A stretch of DNA of 54,126 nt from Candidatus Angelobacter sp. (GTDB lineage Bacteria; Acidobacteriota; Terriglobia; Terriglobales; Acidobacteriaceae), in the NCBI GenBank assembly GCA_035762225.1, contig DASTPO010000446.1, positions 1 to 54,126 of the forward strand. The letters are read 5' to 3'. Under the pieces are notes generated by a model. It was given only the letters and a program-made list of their open reading frames with translations, was not told the origin of the DNA and searched no databases. Positions 1 through 9,864 of this stretch are shown in pieces. The first letter of the stretch is position 1. Each line of letters begins with the position of its first letter. Both the position numbers and the translations under genes were made by a program.

Positions 1-200
1 AATTTGAGCCCGCCGGATTCAAGCTGCCGCTCGGCCTCAAAGATAACCGCCTGCTGCTGGCTGCCGCCGAAGAGCAGGCTGTTGCCATGCCTCTGGCCAG
101 CCTCGTCCGCGACCGTTTCCTTGCCGCGCTGGCTCAAGGTATGGGCGAACTGGATTGGTCAGCGATCGCCAAGATCTCCGCCCAGGGCGCGGGACTCTAA
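1..200 (+). CDS. 3' end of a HIBADH-like (3-hydroxyisobutyrate / 6-phosphogluconate dehydrogenase family) NAD(P) oxidoreductase, 5' partial
   Basis: Frame starting at nt 3 reads FEPAGFKLPLGLKDNRLLLAAAEEQAVAMPLASLVRDRFLAALAQGMGELDWSAIAKISAQGAGL, then TAA at 198-200. The L-x-L-x-KD ... G-x-G-x-x-D-x-SA pattern fits the C-terminal helical domain of this family, and GC3 is high. The listed 4..228 ORF is a different frame and looks like noise. Confidence 0.6.
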   Translation, partial: FEPAGFKLPLGLKDNRLLLAAAEEQAVAMPLASLVRDRFLAALAQGMGELDWSAIAKISAQGAGL

Positions 201-252
201 GCCGAGGCGGTCAATTGCCAATTGCTAAGTTCCGCAACTGTCAATCTCTCGG

Positions 253-2724
253 TCACTCTCCTCGCAGCGCTTCCGTCGGATCCACTGACGCGGCGCGGCG
301 CGACGGCAGATAGCTGGCCAGCAGAGCGGTCGCAATCAGGCCGAGCGAAACCGCGGCATAAGTAATAAGGTCAACCGGCTTCACGCCAAACAGCAGCGAC
401 GATAAGAACCGCATGGAGAGCACCGCCCCCACCAGTCCGCAGACCACTCCTATGCCGGTGAGCAGCAGGCCGTGGCGGACGAACATTCCCGTCAGCTCCT
501 CGCGTTGTGCGCCCAGCGCCATCCGTATGCCGATCTCGCGCGTGCGCTGTGAAACCGAGTAGGCAATCACGCCATAGATGCCCACCGTTCCCAGCAACAG
601 CGCCATGGCGCCGGCCACGCCCAGCATCACCAGCGTGAATGAAGTGCGTGCCATGGAGTTGCGGTAGTAATAGTCTTCCGTCCGGACATCGGCCAGCGGC
701 AGGTTCGGGTCCACGGACCACACTGCCTGGCGCACGTCTTTCATCAGGCTTTCCGTCCCGGCGCGCGGTGAGCGCAGCGCAAAGATAAGGTCGCGCCGCA
801 CGCTCACTTTTTCCGATTCGAAATTGTTCATCGCCGTGGGCCAGTAAGCCGATTTTGCCGGCTCTTTGTTCACGCCGTCGTCATAAACGTCGCTCACCAC
901 CCCGATGACTTCGCGCCATTCGTCAATGCTGCCGACGCGCACTCTCTTTCCCACCGCCGCCGCGGGCGACTGCCACATCTCGCGCGCCAGGTTTTCTGAA
1001 ACCAGCATCACTGACGCCCGGTTATCCACATCAGCCCACGTCAGGTCGCGTCCCGCTATCAGCGGCGTCCCCATCGTGTGCAGATATCCCGGCGAGATGA
1101 ACTTGAACCGGCGCAGCGCCCCTATCTCGCCCGGCTTGTACGTCTTGTCCTGGGCAAACACCGGATCAAAACTGCTGCCGCCATCCATGGGAAGGCTGGT
1201 GGTGAGCCCGACCGACGAAACGCCCGGCACCGCTTCTATCTTCCGCGCGATCTCTTCAAATCGCCGCGCCACCATCGCATCGTCGGCGATTTCATTCTTG
1301 GGCATCGAGAGCGCGAAAGTCTGGATCTCCTGCGGCGCCGTGAATCCCGGCTGCACCTTGGCCAGCGCCGAAAATGTCCGTGCCATCAATCCGGAGCAGA
1401 TAAGCAGCACCAGCGCCAGCGCCACCTGCACCACCACCAGCGCGTTGCGTGCGCGATGTTGTTCGCGGCTCTGGCTGGCCCCTCGCGCGCTTTCGCGCAG
1501 GCCGGTAGCCATGCGCGCGCCCGCGTATTTGAAGATCGGGATGCAGCCGAACAACAGGCTCGCCAGCAGCGCCACTCCCAAAGTAAATAGCAGCACCGCG
1601 CCGTCAATGCCGATTTCGTTCACGCGCGGCAGGCCCTGCGGCGCCAGCGCCACCAGTCCGCGTAACGCCGCGTAGGCGATCCCCAGTCCCAGCACGCTGC
1701 CCAGCAAGCCGAGAATCACGCTTTCAAACAGCAGCTCAGAAGCAATCCGCCTCCAGCGCGCGCCCAGCGCTGCCCGGATCGCCAGCTCCTGGCGGCGGCC
1801 TTCCACGCGCACCAGCACCAGGTTGGCCACGTTGGCGCATGCGATCAGCAGCACCAGCCCAATCGATCCCATCAACACCCACAGCACCTTGCCCACGTCG
1901 CCTATCACATTGTTCTTCAGCGGCTTGATGTTGGGCTGGAGATGGGCTTCTTCGAACATCTTGATGCTGAAGCCGGGCGGCGGGGCAAAGCTCGTGCCCA
2001 CGATTGGAATTAGCCGCGCCACGTCCGCGCTGGCCTGCTCCAGCGTCACTCCTGGCTTCAACCTGGCAATCGTGGCGTAACTGAAGTTCCCCAGCTTGGT
2101 GTTGTTACGGTCAAACTGAAACGGAAGCAGCATCGCGCGGTCCAGCGGCTCGGGCAGCTGAAAGTTACGGGGCATCACGCCGATAATCTGCCGCGGTTTT
2201 CCGTCCACCTTGATGGTCTGCCCAATCACCCCGCGATTGCCGGCAAACTTGCGCTGCCAGTACCCGTACATCAATATCACTGTCTCCGGGCTTTCCGCCG
2301 AATCATCCTGCCGGGTAAACCCGCGTCCCAGCATCGGCTGGGATCCCAGGATGGAGATCACGCCATCGGTAACTCGCTCCACTCTCACCTGCTCCGGTTC
2401 GGCGAGCCCGGTCACGCTGCCGGAATCCCCCGTCATCATGCCGATGTCCTGGAAGCTGTGGTTCTGCTCGCGATAAATGAAATAGTTTGAGGGCGCTCCC
2501 GGCAGGTCATCAAGATTGAGTCCCGGCGCCGCATGGTCCACGATCACCAGCTGCTCGGCAGCGGGATAGGGCAGCGGCTTCAGCAGAATTCCTTCCAGCA
2601 CGCTGAAAACAACGGTGTTCGCTCCAACTCCTGCTGCCAGCGTAATCAAGGTCACGGCGGTAAACATCGGAGTGCGCGCCAGCCGCCGCAGAACCTGCTT
2701 CAGTTGCGTGGTGAAATATCCCAT
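253..2724 (-). CDS. ADOP-type duplicated MacB/FtsX-family ABC transporter permease
   Basis: 823 aa. N-terminus LRRLARTPMFTAVTLITLAAGVGANTVVFSV is typical of MacB-like permeases. It has two periplasmic-core plus FtsX 4-TM modules, which is the architecture of acidobacterial duplicated orphan permeases. Confidence 0.88.
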   Translation of the reverse strand: MGYFTTQLKQVLRRLARTPMFTAVTLITLAAGVGANTVVFSVLEGILLKPLPYPAAEQLVIVDHAAPGLNLDDLPGAPSNYFIYREQNHSFQDIGMMTGDSGSVTGLAEPEQVRVERVTDGVISILGSQPMLGRGFTRQDDSAESPETVILMYGYWQRKFAGNRGVIGQTIKVDGKPRQIIGVMPRNFQLPEPLDRAMLLPFQFDRNNTKLGNFSYATIARLKPGVTLEQASADVARLIPIVGTSFAPPPGFSIKMFEEAHLQPNIKPLKNNVIGDVGKVLWVLMGSIGLVLLIACANVANLVLVRVEGRRQELAIRAALGARWRRIASELLFESVILGLLGSVLGLGIAYAALRGLVALAPQGLPRVNEIGIDGAVLLFTLGVALLASLLFGCIPIFKYAGARMATGLRESARGASQSREQHRARNALVVVQVALALVLLICSGLMARTFSALAKVQPGFTAPQEIQTFALSMPKNEIADDAMVARRFEEIARKIEAVPGVSSVGLTTSLPMDGGSSFDPVFAQDKTYKPGEIGALRRFKFISPGYLHTMGTPLIAGRDLTWADVDNRASVMLVSENLAREMWQSPAAAVGKRVRVGSIDEWREVIGVVSDVYDDGVNKEPAKSAYWPTAMNNFESEKVSVRRDLIFALRSPRAGTESLMKDVRQAVWSVDPNLPLADVRTEDYYYRNSMARTSFTLVMLGVAGAMALLLGTVGIYGVIAYSVSQRTREIGIRMALGAQREELTGMFVRHGLLLTGIGVVCGLVGAVLSMRFLSSLLFGVKPVDLITYAAVSLGLIATALLASYLPSRRAASVDPTEALRGE

Positions 2725-2778
2725 GGTCTCACCTTTCTCCGCCCGTCACTTCCTCAGGCACACTTGTCCCAACCTTAT

Positions 2779-2796
2779 TGACGTCCTACAACGTCA
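2779..2796. promoter_or_regulatory. Inverted repeat TGACGT-N6-ACGTCA upstream of the ADOP permease (candidate operator)
   Basis: Perfect 6-bp arms separated by 6 nt, about 55 nt upstream of the permease start on the minus strand. No regulator identified. Confidence 0.15.
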
Positions 2797-2948
2797 TACG
2801 ATTACGCCAAAAAATAAGTTGCAGCTTTTTTATCTGTGTGGCTGGTTTTGTGCGGAGATCAAAGGCGCTGAGAGCCCACGTCGCGCATCGTCAATCCAGT
2901 TCTGGCAGCTCAACCGCTGGGGCTGCTTACGCAACTCGTCCCAGGGAC

Positions 2949-4382
2949 TTATCCAATTGCCTGCGCCATTCTCTTTCTGCGTGCGCCACGCCAGTACAGC
3001 AGCAAGCCTATGCCGATCGAAACGGCAGTAGCGCCAATGATCTTCATCTCAAATACAGTTTTGTTGGTCACGTCGCCCGGGGGGATTACCGCCAGCACCA
3101 TTGAGCCCAGGGTGATAACGAAGGCCAGAAGGCCGGCAATCCACGCTCCGCCTTTGCCGCCCGGCACCAGCACAGTTCGACTATCCGCGCCACGGTCAGA
3201 CCGGTACGCCAGCTTGATAAAGCACGCATACATGTAAAGAAAAGGAACGAAGTAAAGAATGGTGGCTATGTCCACCAGAGACTGATATGCCTCTTTTGGA
3301 TTGGATCTGATTTGCGCTAAACCCAAAACCAAAGCTGAAATCCCAGCCTGAATAAGAATTGAGACATAGGGCGTTTTCCATTTAGGGTGAATTTTGCCGA
3401 AGTACGAGGGCAGGTAGTGGTCGATGCCCGCCACGAAAGGGACACGCGCCACACCGGCCACCGTGGCGCCGACGCCGCCCGCATTGCCTACAGTCACCAG
3501 CAACGCCGCAACCACCCCGAACCACGTGATCCCCAGCAACGTCGAACCGGAAGTGATGGCCTGAAAGACGCCGGTACGCTGGTCCACAGACTCTGCGGGC
3601 AGAATCATCAACAGAGCAATCGTCGCCACCACATAGATACCCGCGATCAGCGCCGCCGAAGCGTAGATTGCACGCGGAAAAGTCTTGCGCGGCTCGCGTA
3701 CTTCTTCACTCAGCGCACACACTAATTCCATACCGGTGAAAGCAAAGGCGATGTTCGACCAGAAATTGACGGTGTCCCAGTTCCACACGGGCAGAGTCGC
3801 CTTCCACGTGAAATGCGTAACGCTGCCGTGGTGTAGCCACAGATATCCGCCGATCGCAACCAACATCAGGAGCGGAAGGTAAGTTGAAACACCGCCCGCG
3901 TTCTGGAGCCACTTGCCGATGTCCAGGCCGATGAGATTCAGAATCACGGGCACCGCAAGCAATGCCAGAGAAGCCCAGAATAGGTACCAGCGATTATCCG
4001 CGAGATACGCCCACTTCGGCCCGCCGATATATACCGACATTGCCACGCTCGCGGTCAGCAATCCGGGAAAATAGAAGAAGGTATAAATCCAGTAGGCCCA
4101 GCCGGCCACAAAGCCGTGAAAGTCGCCAAACGCCTCTTTGCTCCACACATAAAGGCCGCCTTCCGCTGGGTAGCGCGTAGACAGCTCGATGATGATCAGC
4201 GCGGTCGGCAGAAAGAACAGCACCGCGGCCAGCACCCACAGGCTGATGGACGATGTGCCGTTGTGCGCCGCCGCGGCAATCCAGCGCGGCCCCAGCACGG
4301 CGGCGATGTTGAACAGCAACACGTCCCAGAAGCCCATGGCGCGGCGCAACTGCGACTTTGGTGCGAGGGTCTCCTCAGCCAT
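2949..4382 (-). CDS. APC-superfamily amino acid permease
   Basis: 477 aa, about 12 TM helices. Start region GFWDVLLFNIAAVLGPRWIAAAA and overall hydrophobic periodicity are typical of amino-acid/polyamine/organocation transporters. Confidence 0.8.
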   Translation of the reverse strand: MAEETLAPKSQLRRAMGFWDVLLFNIAAVLGPRWIAAAAHNGTSSISLWVLAAVLFFLPTALIIIELSTRYPAEGGLYVWSKEAFGDFHGFVAGWAYWIYTFFYFPGLLTASVAMSVYIGGPKWAYLADNRWYLFWASLALLAVPVILNLIGLDIGKWLQNAGGVSTYLPLLMLVAIGGYLWLHHGSVTHFTWKATLPVWNWDTVNFWSNIAFAFTGMELVCALSEEVREPRKTFPRAIYASAALIAGIYVVATIALLMILPAESVDQRTGVFQAITSGSTLLGITWFGVVAALLVTVGNAGGVGATVAGVARVPFVAGIDHYLPSYFGKIHPKWKTPYVSILIQAGISALVLGLAQIRSNPKEAYQSLVDIATILYFVPFLYMYACFIKLAYRSDRGADSRTVLVPGGKGGAWIAGLLAFVITLGSMVLAVIPPGDVTNKTVFEMKIIGATAVSIGIGLLLYWRGARRKRMAQAIG

Positions 4383-4525
4383 TCATTCCTTCCCGTTTTC
4401 TCACGAGGATGAATCGAGCGCCCTCATTCTATCGTGGCTGGCGCACTTGTCCTGATTTTTCGTGAATGCCCGCAGCGGGTGCGCACGTGAAGAGCCGTCT
4501 GCAAAAAGAAAAAGCCGCCAATGAT

Positions 4526-4594
4526 GCGCGTTGATCGCGTTCATTCGCGGCCTGAATCTGCTCGTGCCTGTTTATCTGCGGAACCTGCGGAACC
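4526..4594. repeat. Solo copy of the dispersed CGCGAATGAAC / CGCAGAT repeat family
   Basis: gcgcgttgatcgcgttcattcgcggcc (4526-4552) and tttatctgcggaacctgcggaacc (4571-4594) resemble the arms at 31702-31777 and 34904-34929. The second word encodes the C-terminal WFRRFRR-stop of the adjacent minus-strand gene. Confidence 0.5.
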
Positions 4595-5471
4595 ATAGTC
4601 CTATTCCGCCGCTCGCCAGTCCCAACACTCCGAGCAGCGGCAGAAACGTCGATGTTGCCGGAAGCCGTGCGCCTCCCGCAGCGTCATTCGATTGCTGGTT
4701 CTGGATCTGCGGAGTTGTAGCATTCGTGGCGTTGGTCTCAGTGCCGGCGCTATTTCCCCCGGCTGAAGCGGGCTGGTTCTGTCGCTGCTCCGCTCCTGCC
4801 GCCTGGGCCTGCTGGGCTCCTGAAGCGCTGCTTGGGACAGCCTGCGCTGCCGCGTTCGGAGAAGTGTTGGTTGGCTGCGCTGAATTTTGTGCCGACGCGC
4901 TCTGTGTAGCCGCGGTCTGTGAGTCCGCGCTTTGTGTTGCGCCGCTTGGCATTCCCGGTCCCAGCGGCGGCATGTTCTTGGCCATGGTCACGCCCGTCCT
5001 GCTGGTTAGCATTTGCCGGACGTCGTCATTGGTCAACATCCGGGCGTTCTGCGTGCTGCCTTTGTTCGATTTGTAGCGGCTGGAAATCTCCGCCACGCTC
5101 ATCGGCGCCGCTGGCGCCGCCAGCGATTCACCAACCGAGGTCGATGGCGCCAGGTCACTTGACGGCGTCGCTTCGTTCGCTGGCACAGCCGTATTGGCAG
5201 TGCCCGCTGTTGCGTTGACCATCCCATTAGCGGGCTCAACGGTTTCGCTGGCCGGGACTGAATTGGTCTCGTTGTTCAGGCTGATGCCGGCGCGTCCCGC
5301 ATCGCTGATCCCCGCGCTTGGCGCTGGTGTGGGCAGGGAAGCCGTTGGTGTGCTCACAATCGGCCCTCCAAAGGGTGCGGGATTTGATGTGGACGGTGTG
5401 GCCGTCTGGCCCTGGCCATAGCTGGCCGCGATAACAGCGAACGCGGCGATTAACAGAATTTTGCGCGGCAT
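4572..5471 (-). CDS. Secreted low-complexity (A/S/T/P/Q/N-rich) protein with a PEP-CTERM-like C-terminal sorting signal
   Basis: N-terminal signal peptide MPRKILLIAAFAVIAASYGQG, a long disordered body, and a C-terminus LPATSTFLPLLGVLGLASGGIGLWFRRFRR (short motif, then TM helix, then Arg-rich tail). Confidence 0.6.
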   Translation of the reverse strand: MPRKILLIAAFAVIAASYGQGQTATPSTSNPAPFGGPIVSTPTASLPTPAPSAGISDAGRAGISLNNETNSVPASETVEPANGMVNATAGTANTAVPANEATPSSDLAPSTSVGESLAAPAAPMSVAEISSRYKSNKGSTQNARMLTNDDVRQMLTSRTGVTMAKNMPPLGPGMPSGATQSADSQTAATQSASAQNSAQPTNTSPNAAAQAVPSSASGAQQAQAAGAEQRQNQPASAGGNSAGTETNATNATTPQIQNQQSNDAAGGARLPATSTFLPLLGVLGLASGGIGLWFRRFRR

Positions 5472-5603
5472 AGTTCACCCCTGATGCATACATCCAGTTG
5501 GATTACGCAGAAGTAAACAGAGGATGCCAGATCAGCCGCTATTAACCGTCCAGCAATGCCGTCAAGGAAGGCAAATCGCCCGGCTCAGCCCGGTCCACAC
5601 ACC

Positions 5604-6626
5604 TTAGCTTCCTACCAGCCGTGCATAAAGGCTGCGGGCCACCGCAGCGTCATCAGTCCCTTTGATGATTGCCCGGCCGTCGGGGAAGAGGGTCATTTCG
5701 TAGGGATCGCGCCAGAATTTCAGCACAAAGTTGTTGTGCTTTACCGTACCCAGCGGTCCCAGCCGCCGGGACATCTCGGCAAAATCCACCGGCCGGCTGC
5801 GCTCATGGATCTGCACCGAATTCCGGCCACACAGTGTAATTTGCGGTCGGCGTTCTCCTGCCAGGTGAACGAACTCCCGCTTCTCGCAGGCCTGGCATCC
5901 CGGCCGCGGGCGGGCCGCTGAGATCTCCGCCTGCTCATTCCTCCACAGGTCAAAGGAGAGCAACGTCCTCCGCAGCTTGTCTTTCGCTCCCACCATGAAC
6001 TTGATCGCCTCGGTGGCCTGGATCGATCCAATGAGATTCACCGCGCTGTTGAGTATCCCGGCCGTGTCGCAGGTCTCCACCGTGCCTCCCGGCGGCGCCG
6101 GGAACATGCAGGCAAGGCACGCCGTTTCCCCGGGGATCACGTTCATGGTCACGGCGTATGCACCCACAGCAGCCGCGTAAATCCATGGTTTGCCTTGCTT
6201 TACCGCCAAATCATTGATCAGGTAGCGGGTTTCAAAGTTGTCGGTCGCATCCAGGATCAGGTCCGGATCGGCCCGTCCCAGCAGCGGCTCAATGTTTTCC
6301 GGCGTCAGGTCCGCGACCTCGGCCTGTACCTTCACTTCCGAATTGAAGGCGGCAATCTTCCGCGCCGCGGCCACGGCTTTGGGCAGCGACTCAGCCGCAT
6401 CGGCTTCGTCGAACAGCGTCTGCCTTTGCAGGTTGCTGGGCTCAACGTAGTCTCGATCGATAATCAGCAGCCGGCCAACTCCGGCGCGCGCCAGCAAACC
6501 GGCCACGCAGGCGCCGGTGGCGCCGCATCCCACAATCGCCACGTGGCCCTGGGCCAGGCGAGCTTGCCCTTCCGTCCCAATCCCGGGGAAAAGCACCTGG
6601 CGTGAGTATCGATCTTCAAAGTTCAT
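5604..6626 (-). CDS. ThiF/MoeB/HesA-family E1-like adenylyltransferase
   Basis: RYSRQVLFPGIGTEGQARL, a GCGATG nucleotide-binding loop, DRDYVEPSNLQRQ, two CxxC pairs (CLAC, CQAC), plus an extra C-terminal domain of about 90 aa. Confidence 0.85.
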   Translation of the reverse strand: MNFEDRYSRQVLFPGIGTEGQARLAQGHVAIVGCGATGACVAGLLARAGVGRLLIIDRDYVEPSNLQRQTLFDEADAAESLPKAVAAARKIAAFNSEVKVQAEVADLTPENIEPLLGRADPDLILDATDNFETRYLINDLAVKQGKPWIYAAAVGAYAVTMNVIPGETACLACMFPAPPGGTVETCDTAGILNSAVNLIGSIQATEAIKFMVGAKDKLRRTLLSFDLWRNEQAEISAARPRPGCQACEKREFVHLAGERRPQITLCGRNSVQIHERSRPVDFAEMSRRLGPLGTVKHNNFVLKFWRDPYEMTLFPDGRAIIKGTDDAAVARSLYARLVGS

Positions 6627-6855
6627 GCCACATTTATTATAGGCAGGTGGGAGGCAGTGCGCTGTCCCACCGGCACTATCAGCGCCATGGCGATTCGCAG
6701 GCGAAGCCCAGGTCTTTCAGTGGCGTTCGCTCCTTGGCGCCTGCACTGGCGGTATTTAGGCGTTTTATTGCCCGCAGCTTAAAATGTGGCAAGACATACA
6801 CGTGCAACTAAGGTCCGTGCTGCTGCCATCGAACTGTACAAAGCGAATTCTTAAA

Positions 6856-9800
6856 ATGGGGCTATTCTTGCCACGCGTGCGAGCGGTGTGTCTGGCATTA
6901 GTGCTGGGTACCGGTGTGTGCTGGTCGCAAGCGCAGGAGACGCAGAATCCCGCGCAGCAGGCTCCCCCCTCGCCGTCTCCGACCCCTCAATCCCCTGATC
7001 TCAACAGCTTGCAGGGTTTGAACGTTTCCCAGATCAGAGTCAACAGCACCGCCGTGGATAACCAGCAAAGCCTGATTGCTCTTTTGCCGCAAAAAACCGG
7101 CGAACCGCTGGATAAATACAAAATTCGCCGGTCAGTTCAGGTGCTCTATGATACTGGCCGTTTTGCTGAAATTCAGGTGGAAGCCCGGCGAACGCCGCAA
7201 GGCGATGTAGAGGTGGTTTTCGATGCGCTGGACAACTACTTCTTTGGTTCCATCGTGGTGGAGGGCTCTTCGGCCCATCCCACGAACAATCAGCTGGTAA
7301 ATGCCAGCAAACTGAATCTGGGCGAGCAGTTCACTGAAGCCAAAATCAAATCCGGCATCGATGCCATGCAGAAGACCCTGCAGGACAATGGCTACTACCA
7401 GGCCTCCATCAAGCCGTTTTACGAATGGGACTCCGCCAACCAGCAGGTCAAGGTTGACTTCGTCATCGAACTCGGCAGCCCGGCGCGGGTAGGCCTGTTC
7501 AACGTCACCGGGTCCCCGGGGTACACCGCGGATGAGGTGCGTAACATCGCCAGGATGCGTCCCGGCGTTAAGGTTACGGCGGCGCGGGTCACCACCGCGT
7601 TGCAACGGCTGCGTAAGCGCTTTCAGAAAAAGGAGCGGCTGGAAGCGCAAGTAACGCTCACCCAACGGGTCTATCATCCAGAGAGCAACCGCGTGGATTA
7701 CACCTTTGACATCAATCGCGGTCCGGTGGTCGACGTTAAAGTCGAAGGCGCAGCTCTCCGTCGCGGGCTGATCAAAAGATTTGTCCCCATTTATGAAGAA
7801 GGCGCGGTCGACGAGGACCTCCTGAATGAGGGCGCGCGCAATCTCCGCGATTATTTTCAGACTCTGGGCTATTTCGATGTCAACGTCACATATACCCAGA
7901 GCCAGGACCCTAAGACTGAACGGCAGGATGTAGTTTTCCACGTGGATAAAAACCAGAGGCACAAGCTGATCCAGCTGGCTCTGGATGGCAATCACTATTT
8001 CCGCACCGAAGACCTGCGCGAGCAGATGCTCATTCAGCCGGCCGGCGGCTTGCTCCTTTACGGACTATTCAGCCAGTCGCTCCTCGCCCGGGATATTCAG
8101 GCGATCGAGAATGTCTATCGCAACAACGGCTTTCTCCAGGTGAAAGTCACGCCTCAGATCCAGGATAACTACGGCAAGGAAGGCCACATCCGGGTCGTCA
8201 TCAACATCACGGAAGGCCCGCAGACTACCGTTGGCAAGCTCACCATAGAAGGGAATGAGGCCTTGCCCGAAGGCCAGATTCGCAGCATGATCACCGCTTT
8301 GGAAGGCCAGCCCTATTCCGATTCCATGGTTATCAATGACCAGACGGAAGTGATGGACAGTTACTTCAACCTGGGATTTCCCCAGGTCAAGCTCGAATAC
8401 ACCACCACCCCCGAAGCCGCTGACCCCAGCAAGATTGACGTGGCCTATAAGATCACTGAAGGGCCACAGATTTTTGTGGACAAGGTTCTTATCTCCGGTC
8501 TTAATTACACCCGGCCCTTCGTGGTGCAGCGGGAAATGAAGATTGCCGGCGGCGATCGCCTGAGCCAGAGCCAGATGCTCGACTCTCAGCGCCGTCTCTA
8601 CGATATGGGCATCTTTAATGAAGTGAATGTCGCGGTGCAGAACCCCGATGGCGACGCCACCCGCAAGAACCTCGACTTCCAGCTTTCTGAGGCCCGTCGC
8701 TACACCTTTAACTATGGCCTTGGGCTGGAAGTGCAGACCGGACAGCCCGGCGCCGTCTCGAACCCCCAGGGCGCCACCGGTGTGAGCGGCCGCGTATCGT
8801 TCGACGTCACGCGAATCAACTTCCGCGGCCGCGACCATACCATCACGCTCAACACTCGTTATGGCAACCTGGAAAAGCTGGCCTTGATCGGATATCAGGC
8901 GCCGCGCCTGTTTGACTCGCCCAACCTAACCCTGGACTTCACCACGTTTTACCAGCAGACCAATGATGTGCGCACCTTTACCGCCAAGCGCCTCGAAGGC
9001 TCGGCTTCCATCAAGCAGAACTGGAGCCGCGCCACCACGCTGCTGTACCGGCTGATTTACCGCCGGGTCAGCACGGACAACCTGGTGATCGATCCCAACC
9101 TGGTGCCGCTCTTTTCCCGTGCAGTCCGCGTCGGCCTGCCCGATTTCAGCTACATCCGTGATACCCGCGATAATCCCATTGAGTCTTTGAAAGGCACCTT
9201 CAATACATTTGATCTTGGCGTCGCCTCCGGGATTTTCGGTTCTGAAACCAACTTCACTCGCGTGGTGGTGCAAAACACCTCGTACTACCAATTTCACAAG
9301 CGTCGCTGGGTATTTGCCCGCTCCACGCGTATCGGTGTGGAAGAAGGCTTCGGCGTCAATGACCTGGTTCCCCTGCCGGAGCGCTTTTTTGCCGGCGGCA
9401 GCACCTCGCATCGCGGCTTCGGCATTAATCAGGCTGGTCCGCGCGACCTCACCACCGGGTTCCCGCTCGGCGGTGAAGCCCTTTTCCTGAACAATCTTGA
9501 GCTGCGGACTCCGCCTCTGCCCTTTCCTTACGTCGGCAACAACCTCAGCATGGTTTTGTTTCATGACATGGGAAACGTGTTCTCCACCGCCGGCGATATG
9601 GCCAACAGCCTCTTCAAGATTTCCCAGCCCAACCGCGATCTCTGTTTGAATCCCGTCTCGGGAAGCTGTAATTTCAACTACACCTCGCACGCGATCGGAG
9701 GAGGCGTCCGATACCGCACGCCCATTGGCCCCGTGAGCTTCGATCTCGGCTATAACCTCAATCCGCCGGCGTTTCCTATTTCAGCGCCGCCGCCGGGAAC

Positions 9801-9864
9801 TGCTCCGTCGTCGCAGGTGCTGAAGCATTTCAATTTCTTTTTCAATATCGGACAGACTTTCTGA
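6856..9864 (+). CDS. bamA: Outer membrane protein assembly factor BamA (Omp85 family, multiple POTRA domains)
   Basis: Signal peptide starts at Met25 of the listed ORF (MGLFLPRVRAVCLALVLGTGVCWSQA). Repeated POTRA-like modules are followed by a C-terminal beta-barrel ending ...FNFFFNIGQTF (aromatic terminal residue). Confidence 0.88.
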   Translation: MGLFLPRVRAVCLALVLGTGVCWSQAQETQNPAQQAPPSPSPTPQSPDLNSLQGLNVSQIRVNSTAVDNQQSLIALLPQKTGEPLDKYKIRRSVQVLYDTGRFAEIQVEARRTPQGDVEVVFDALDNYFFGSIVVEGSSAHPTNNQLVNASKLNLGEQFTEAKIKSGIDAMQKTLQDNGYYQASIKPFYEWDSANQQVKVDFVIELGSPARVGLFNVTGSPGYTADEVRNIARMRPGVKVTAARVTTALQRLRKRFQKKERLEAQVTLTQRVYHPESNRVDYTFDINRGPVVDVKVEGAALRRGLIKRFVPIYEEGAVDEDLLNEGARNLRDYFQTLGYFDVNVTYTQSQDPKTERQDVVFHVDKNQRHKLIQLALDGNHYFRTEDLREQMLIQPAGGLLLYGLFSQSLLARDIQAIENVYRNNGFLQVKVTPQIQDNYGKEGHIRVVINITEGPQTTVGKLTIEGNEALPEGQIRSMITALEGQPYSDSMVINDQTEVMDSYFNLGFPQVKLEYTTTPEAADPSKIDVAYKITEGPQIFVDKVLISGLNYTRPFVVQREMKIAGGDRLSQSQMLDSQRRLYDMGIFNEVNVAVQNPDGDATRKNLDFQLSEARRYTFNYGLGLEVQTGQPGAVSNPQGATGVSGRVSFDVTRINFRGRDHTITLNTRYGNLEKLALIGYQAPRLFDSPNLTLDFTTFYQQTNDVRTFTAKRLEGSASIKQNWSRATTLLYRLIYRRVSTDNLVIDPNLVPLFSRAVRVGLPDFSYIRDTRDNPIESLKGTFNTFDLGVASGIFGSETNFTRVVVQNTSYYQFHKRRWVFARSTRIGVEEGFGVNDLVPLPERFFAGGSTSHRGFGINQAGPRDLTTGFPLGGEALFLNNLELRTPPLPFPYVGNNLSMVLFHDMGNVFSTAGDMANSLFKISQPNRDLCLNPVSGSCNFNYTSHAIGGGVRYRTPIGPVSFDLGYNLNPPAFPISAPPPGTAPSSQVLKHFNFFFNIGQTF

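Noticed and set aside
4-228. Listed ORF 4..228 (+) at the left edge.
   Set aside because: The translation is Cys/Trp/Arg-rich noise. The neighbouring frame (from nt 3, stop at 198-200) gives a clean HIBADH-family C-terminus.
4572-4680. LPATS read as a Gram-positive-type LPxTG sortase signal.
   Set aside because: The genomic context is diderm (BamA, TamB, AsmA), there is no sortase in the window, and the hydrophobic and Arg tail fits PEP-CTERM-type signals better. It is kept only as a variant-signal finding.
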